From Candidatus Saccharimonadales bacterium (GTDB lineage: Bacteria; Patescibacteriota; Saccharimonadia; Saccharimonadales; JACDFO01): a stretch of 64,000 bases of DNA. Of the stretch, positions 60,250 to 64,000 are shown one piece after another. The position numbers and the translations under genes were made by a program. The notes beneath the pieces are model-generated. The model saw nothing but the letters and a program-made list of their open reading frames with translations. It made no database searches and was not told where the DNA came from. Every line of letters starts with the position of its first letter. Within the stretch, counting starts at the first letter, position 1. The DNA is taken from positions 54,274 through 118,273 of the forward strand of contig JBBSLJ010000001.1 in assembly GCA_038255465.1 (NCBI GenBank), given 5' to 3'.

Positions 60250-61833
60250 GTGATGGATGAAGCCATTGCTTTATGCCGTGTATCTAGCAAAGAGCAGCTA
60301 GATAGCAACAGCCTTAATCTCCAAGGCGAGAGCGTAGATGCAATGGCCGATGAACTTAAAGTAAAAATTGTCAAGAAGTGGGCGATACAACAGAGTAGCA
60401 AAAAGGGTCAGAATATTAAGCGTAAAGACTTGCAAGAAGCACTGGTACTTTGTCGTAAGAATAAGAAAATAAAGTATTTTTTGGTTGATAAAGTCCACCG
60501 TTACATGCGTGAAATGGAGATGATATTTTACTTTAAGGTACTCTTCAGAGAGCAAGGTGTTAAACTCATCTTCTGTGACCCGGGCCAAAGAGACCTCAAC
60601 GAAGATACGCCAGAAGCAAGTCTCAAACTAGCACAAAAAGCATATGATGCAGAAATAGCCAATGTCGAAAGAAGAGATACTGCACTCAGTCGTATGTCTG
60701 CAAGAGTTGCAGCGGGCTACTATCCCTTTAATACGCATGCGGGCTACAAAAAGACGGAAGCAGAAGATGGCCTACATATACCTGATGAACCAAGATTTGG
60801 TCTACTTCAAGAGGGGTGTCGCTTAATTATCTACAAACAACACACTGTCTCACAGGCTGTTAAATGGATGAATGAAAATGGTTACCTAACAAAAGGCGGC
60901 AAGAAGTTAGATATTAACCACTTTGAGGAGTTCATTGTGGACGAATACTATTGTGGCTTCGTAAAAATTGACGGACCAGACTGGCCAGATAAAGTTCCCG
61001 GCCTACATGTGCCTCTGCTCTCCAAGAGAGAACATGCTCTACTAATCGCCATAATCAAAAAGCGTAACCCTAGAATGAGAAGCATACATAACCCAGAATT
61101 TCCGATGGCTAATATCATACGACATCAAGAATGCGAAGGACTTGGAGGCTATGAGAAATTTGCTGGACATAATCACAACCCTGGTAAAACACGAAAAGGT
61201 ACCCAGAAAGCTCTCAAGCCCGTATACGATTGCAGAGATTGCAGAAAACGTATAGGCAGAGATATGACTCATGAAAACTTCTCAGACTACCTTGAGAGCC
61301 TAGTCTTCATACCAGACGATAAGAGCTTTAAGCATGCCCTGCTGAAAGTCTGGAAGAATCAGCGAGGCTCAAACGCTCAGAGATTACTTGTTTTAAACGC
61401 CAACAAAGATGTAATTGATAAGAAAATCAGGGACACAACCGTAACATATGCCACTGAGAGTGATGAAATCGTAAAGAGCTCACTACGTAAGCTACTGGGC
61501 GAATACAACGACGAGCTACAACAAGCCGAAACCGACATACACGAAGCAAGTAACATAGACTTAGAATCAGATGACTTTGTTAAGTTTGCTTTCCAGCAAG
61601 TAGATACCATGCGAGACAAATGGTGGAAATTGAACTGGAATGATAAAGCGAGGGGTGAACAAATTCTGTTTAATGGCAAAATTTATGTAGATAATGCTGC
61701 AAAAGTTCACACCCCAAATTTGAGTAACATTTACACCTTAGGGACAAACAAAAAAGCACTATCCGGAATGGATAATGCTCATTTGGTGGAGCTGGTGGGT
61801 ACCGCCCCCACGTCCGTCAGTTTAACTGGTTAG
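60250..61833 (+). CDS. large serine recombinase (integrase)
   Basis: catalytic CRVSS.EQ, recombinase domain (GYYP...GY, Y.G, H.PL), Zn-ribbon-like YDCRDC, coiled coil; the 3' end runs through att into antisense tmRNA. Confidence 0.9.
   Translation: MMDEAIALCRVSSKEQLDSNSLNLQGESVDAMADELKVKIVKKWAIQQSSKKGQNIKRKDLQEALVLCRKNKKIKYFLVDKVHRYMREMEMIFYFKVLFREQGVKLIFCDPGQRDLNEDTPEASLKLAQKAYDAEIANVERRDTALSRMSARVAAGYYPFNTHAGYKKTEAEDGLHIPDEPRFGLLQEGCRLIIYKQHTVSQAVKWMNENGYLTKGGKKLDINHFEEFIVDEYYCGFVKIDGPDWPDKVPGLHVPLLSKREHALLIAIIKKRNPRMRSIHNPEFPMANIIRHQECEGLGGYEKFAGHNHNPGKTRKGTQKALKPVYDCRDCRKRIGRDMTHENFSDYLESLVFIPDDKSFKHALLKVWKNQRGSNAQRLLVLNANKDVIDKKIRDTTVTYATESDEIVKSSLRKLLGEYNDELQQAETDIHEASNIDLESDDFVKFAFQQVDTMRDKWWKLNWNDKARGEQILFNGKIYVDNAAKVHTPNLSNIYTLGTNKKALSGMDNAHLVELVGTAPTSVSLTG
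61746..61792. repeat. att direct repeat, right copy (functional tmRNA 3' end + terminator)
   Basis: aaacaaaaaagcactatccggaatggataatgctcatttggtggagc. Confidence 0.9.
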
Positions 61834-62170
61834 TCTGTCCTACAGGCATAGGCTGTTCGAATTACGTTTCACTGCATAAGAACAGTCAAGAAGCAGTGAG
61901 CCGTTTAATCCTAATCTTAGACTGACTACGGATCACTTGTCAGTAGCATCCAGAAAATATGGCGTGATTATGTACTATCTGGCGTCGTATATATCACGGC
62001 TGTCAAAATTAATTAAGCAGCGTACGCTACAGGTGCGAATTGGAAATTACCAAAACGTGCAAGTAGCTGATCTTTAAGATTTGCATCTAAAAAGGTTTTG
62101 CCTATAACGCTGGCAAGCGGCCTGCTGATCTAACCGTTAAAGTCCAACGTCGAGCATAAATTTCAGCCCC
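61784..62170 (-). ncRNA. ssrA: tmRNA
   Basis: 5' GGGGCUG pairs with CAGCUCC-ACCA (G3.U alanine determinant); T-arm GUGGG-GGCGGUA-CCCAC; tag ORF 62084-62013 ANLKDQLLARFGNFQFAPVAYAA*. Confidence 0.95.
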
Positions 62171-62332
62171 TCGTTTGTAGTCACATATTAATACGTGACA
62201 TCCTTATATTATACCACTTATGTCAATAGGAGTACAATGGTCTGCCGAAGAGCAAAGTAATATTATTTAATATATTGCGTTATGTATATAATTGTGCTAT
62301 AATACCGTACATAACATAATAACAGGTTAAGG

Positions 62333-63346
62333 GTGGGCGAACCACGGTTATATCTCGCCCCAGGGAGTCAATATACAATGAGCCTCACACAGCTACAAGC
62401 CTATTACCAGCCTTGGTTAAAAAAGCAGTCTCTTAAGCGTGATCTTAAGAAAATGCTGATTACTGCCGAGAAACAGCTCAAAGCCAAAACTCGCCGCGCT
62501 AAGAGCAAGACGATAGCTGCCATCAACAGACAATATTACATCTCTACTGCTTATGCCGACGCCCGAGTAGCCGCCAGACATAACGAAGATATCGCAATTA
62601 CTATGTTGATTTTGGCCTTTGTAATTGGCTACAGCGCTGCTGCTATGATTTTGGAGTTGTTGATTATTGCTTTCGGCACCGCATTTGTACTTGCTGATAT
62701 CACAAAAATTGATCCTGGTGTATTTATGCTTGTTGCTGGCATGACACTTGGCATTGTCTGCAGTTGGTTGACGTCTTTGCTGCTCAATATGCAGTCCTTG
62801 GCACTTATGGACGGCGCACTAAGAAAGACCAAACGCTCTGTTCGTTCCACTATCCGCAAAAGTCTTCGCTATACTACTCGCGTTACCGAAGCGTGGGTGT
62901 TATTCCTGGGGATTCTTGTTGGTATACCGCTACTTGCCGTTTGGTCTGCATTCTCTATTATAAGTCTTACTGAAATCTCAATGAATCAGCTATTTAGCTA
63001 TGCACCATTCGGTATAACAGCACTGATAGCCTGGGTAGTAATAATGCTTATGGAATATAGTCTGGTACCTTATGTTGCCCTTTTTGAGCCAACCGTACCC
63101 TTGCGACATTTATTGACCCGCAGTTCTCAGCTCGTTAACCGCCGAGGCCGAATATTTATCCTGCTATCCAGCATCCTGTTTGGGGCCTCATTATTTGGCG
63201 CCTATAAACTGGCAGTTTATTCCGAATCAGTACTTGGTGTACATCGCGGCCTGCAATTCTTTAGCTATAGTTTGATAATCGCGCTGCTGGCCAATGCGAT
63301 TATGGTTATGCTGTACCGCAAGCGCAAACTGGCACGCGTCAACTAA
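62333..63346 (+). CDS. multi-pass membrane protein
   Basis: about 6 TM segments after a basic N-terminus. Confidence 0.75.
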   Translation: MGEPRLYLAPGSQYTMSLTQLQAYYQPWLKKQSLKRDLKKMLITAEKQLKAKTRRAKSKTIAAINRQYYISTAYADARVAARHNEDIAITMLILAFVIGYSAAAMILELLIIAFGTAFVLADITKIDPGVFMLVAGMTLGIVCSWLTSLLLNMQSLALMDGALRKTKRSVRSTIRKSLRYTTRVTEAWVLFLGILVGIPLLAVWSAFSIISLTEISMNQLFSYAPFGITALIAWVVIMLMEYSLVPYVALFEPTVPLRHLLTRSSQLVNRRGRIFILLSSILFGASLFGAYKLAVYSESVLGVHRGLQFFSYSLIIALLANAIMVMLYRKRKLARVN

Positions 63347-63388
63347 TCTAGGCTAGCCTCAGTAACTGACCACTACCTTCGTGTGACG

Positions 63389-63853
63389 CTATGCGTTAAA
63401 TGGTCGGTCGCACGCCCCTGTTTTACCGGCGCTGCAGGCACAAGCGTGCATGTTTTGCAGCGCTTCTGTCAGTACATTTTGTTGCTCGGTTGTAAGCCGC
63501 TCAAACATGGGAGCGTGATAACTATTCAGTATTCTGATGGCTTCATCAATAGCCCGCTCTCCTTTAGCTGTAAGCGTAGTCAGATGCTCACGTCGGTTCT
63601 CGCTACTACGGTTACTTTGCAAGAGGCCTGAACTGACCATCAATTTAATCTGGCGGCTAATACTCGCTTCAGTCTGGCCAAGCATTTCGGCAATCTGACG
63701 CTGTTTAATATGAGGCGATTTAGTTAGTACCATTAAAATCTTAAACTGGGAATAACCAATACCGATTTTTTGCTGCAGAATCTGATCATTCTGGCGAGAC
63801 ATCGTATACGCAATGTGCTGGAACAAATATCCTAAGTTACCGTTTGGATGCAT
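63389..63853 (-). CDS. MarR family transcriptional regulator
   Basis: SQFKIL, QRQIAE.L.QTEASISRQI, ENRR...LT.KG. Confidence 0.88.
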   Translation of the reverse strand: MHPNGNLGYLFQHIAYTMSRQNDQILQQKIGIGYSQFKILMVLTKSPHIKQRQIAEMLGQTEASISRQIKLMVSSGLLQSNRSSENRREHLTTLTAKGERAIDEAIRILNSYHAPMFERLTTEQQNVLTEALQNMHACACSAGKTGACDRPFNA

Positions 63854-63871
63854 AGTAAAATACTATCATAA

Positions 63872-63893
63872 AACACTTAACAAGTTAAGTGTT
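63872..63893. promoter_or_regulatory. palindromic operator upstream of marR (probable autoregulation)
   Basis: aacacttaac-aa-gttaagtgtt overlapping the promoter region. Confidence 0.6.
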
Positions 63894-64000
63894 GATTTGA
63901 AGATACAGCTTATGCCAATCATCAAGTGACAGAGCCTGGGCGCGTAGTCCTGGATCAACTTCAGCCAGTTCTAGTTTTTGACGGGCCTCTTCTTTGCTAA

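Larger units (their letters stand above)
56345..61792. mobile_element. integrative element at tmRNA 3' end (5,401-bp unit between att repeats)
   Basis: flanking 47-bp imperfect direct repeats containing the ssrA 3' end; large serine recombinase at the right end. Confidence 0.88.

Overview
A gene-dense bacterial chromosome segment in the standard genetic code. The gene inventory (short AlaS/MetG, FtsA-like + baseplate-J-like pair, WxL-like surface cluster, many leaderless starts) most resembles Candidatus Saccharibacteria (CPR/Patescibacteria); this placement is inference. 1-29 kb is mostly housekeeping (sbcB, obgE, mltG, ruvX, alaS, mnmA, iscS, tatD). It also holds a LysM-CHAP hydrolase with a probable AUU start, a secreted WxL/DUF916-like surface cluster, and an F1-ATPase operon (b-like, delta, alpha, gamma, beta, epsilon) with no a/c subunits. 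29-49 kb is an NAD-salvage/ADP-ribose region: two divergons, each with a pair of 21-bp NrtR-type boxes. Between them lies accessory DNA, including a GC-rich four-gene operon (pseudokinase, vWA, divergent PurA-like ligase, SAM-like protein) preceded by a boxA-like element. 56.3-61.8 kb is a 5,401-bp element integrated at the 3' end of tmRNA. Its att site lies inside its own serine recombinase gene, so excision would swap the recombinase C-terminus.
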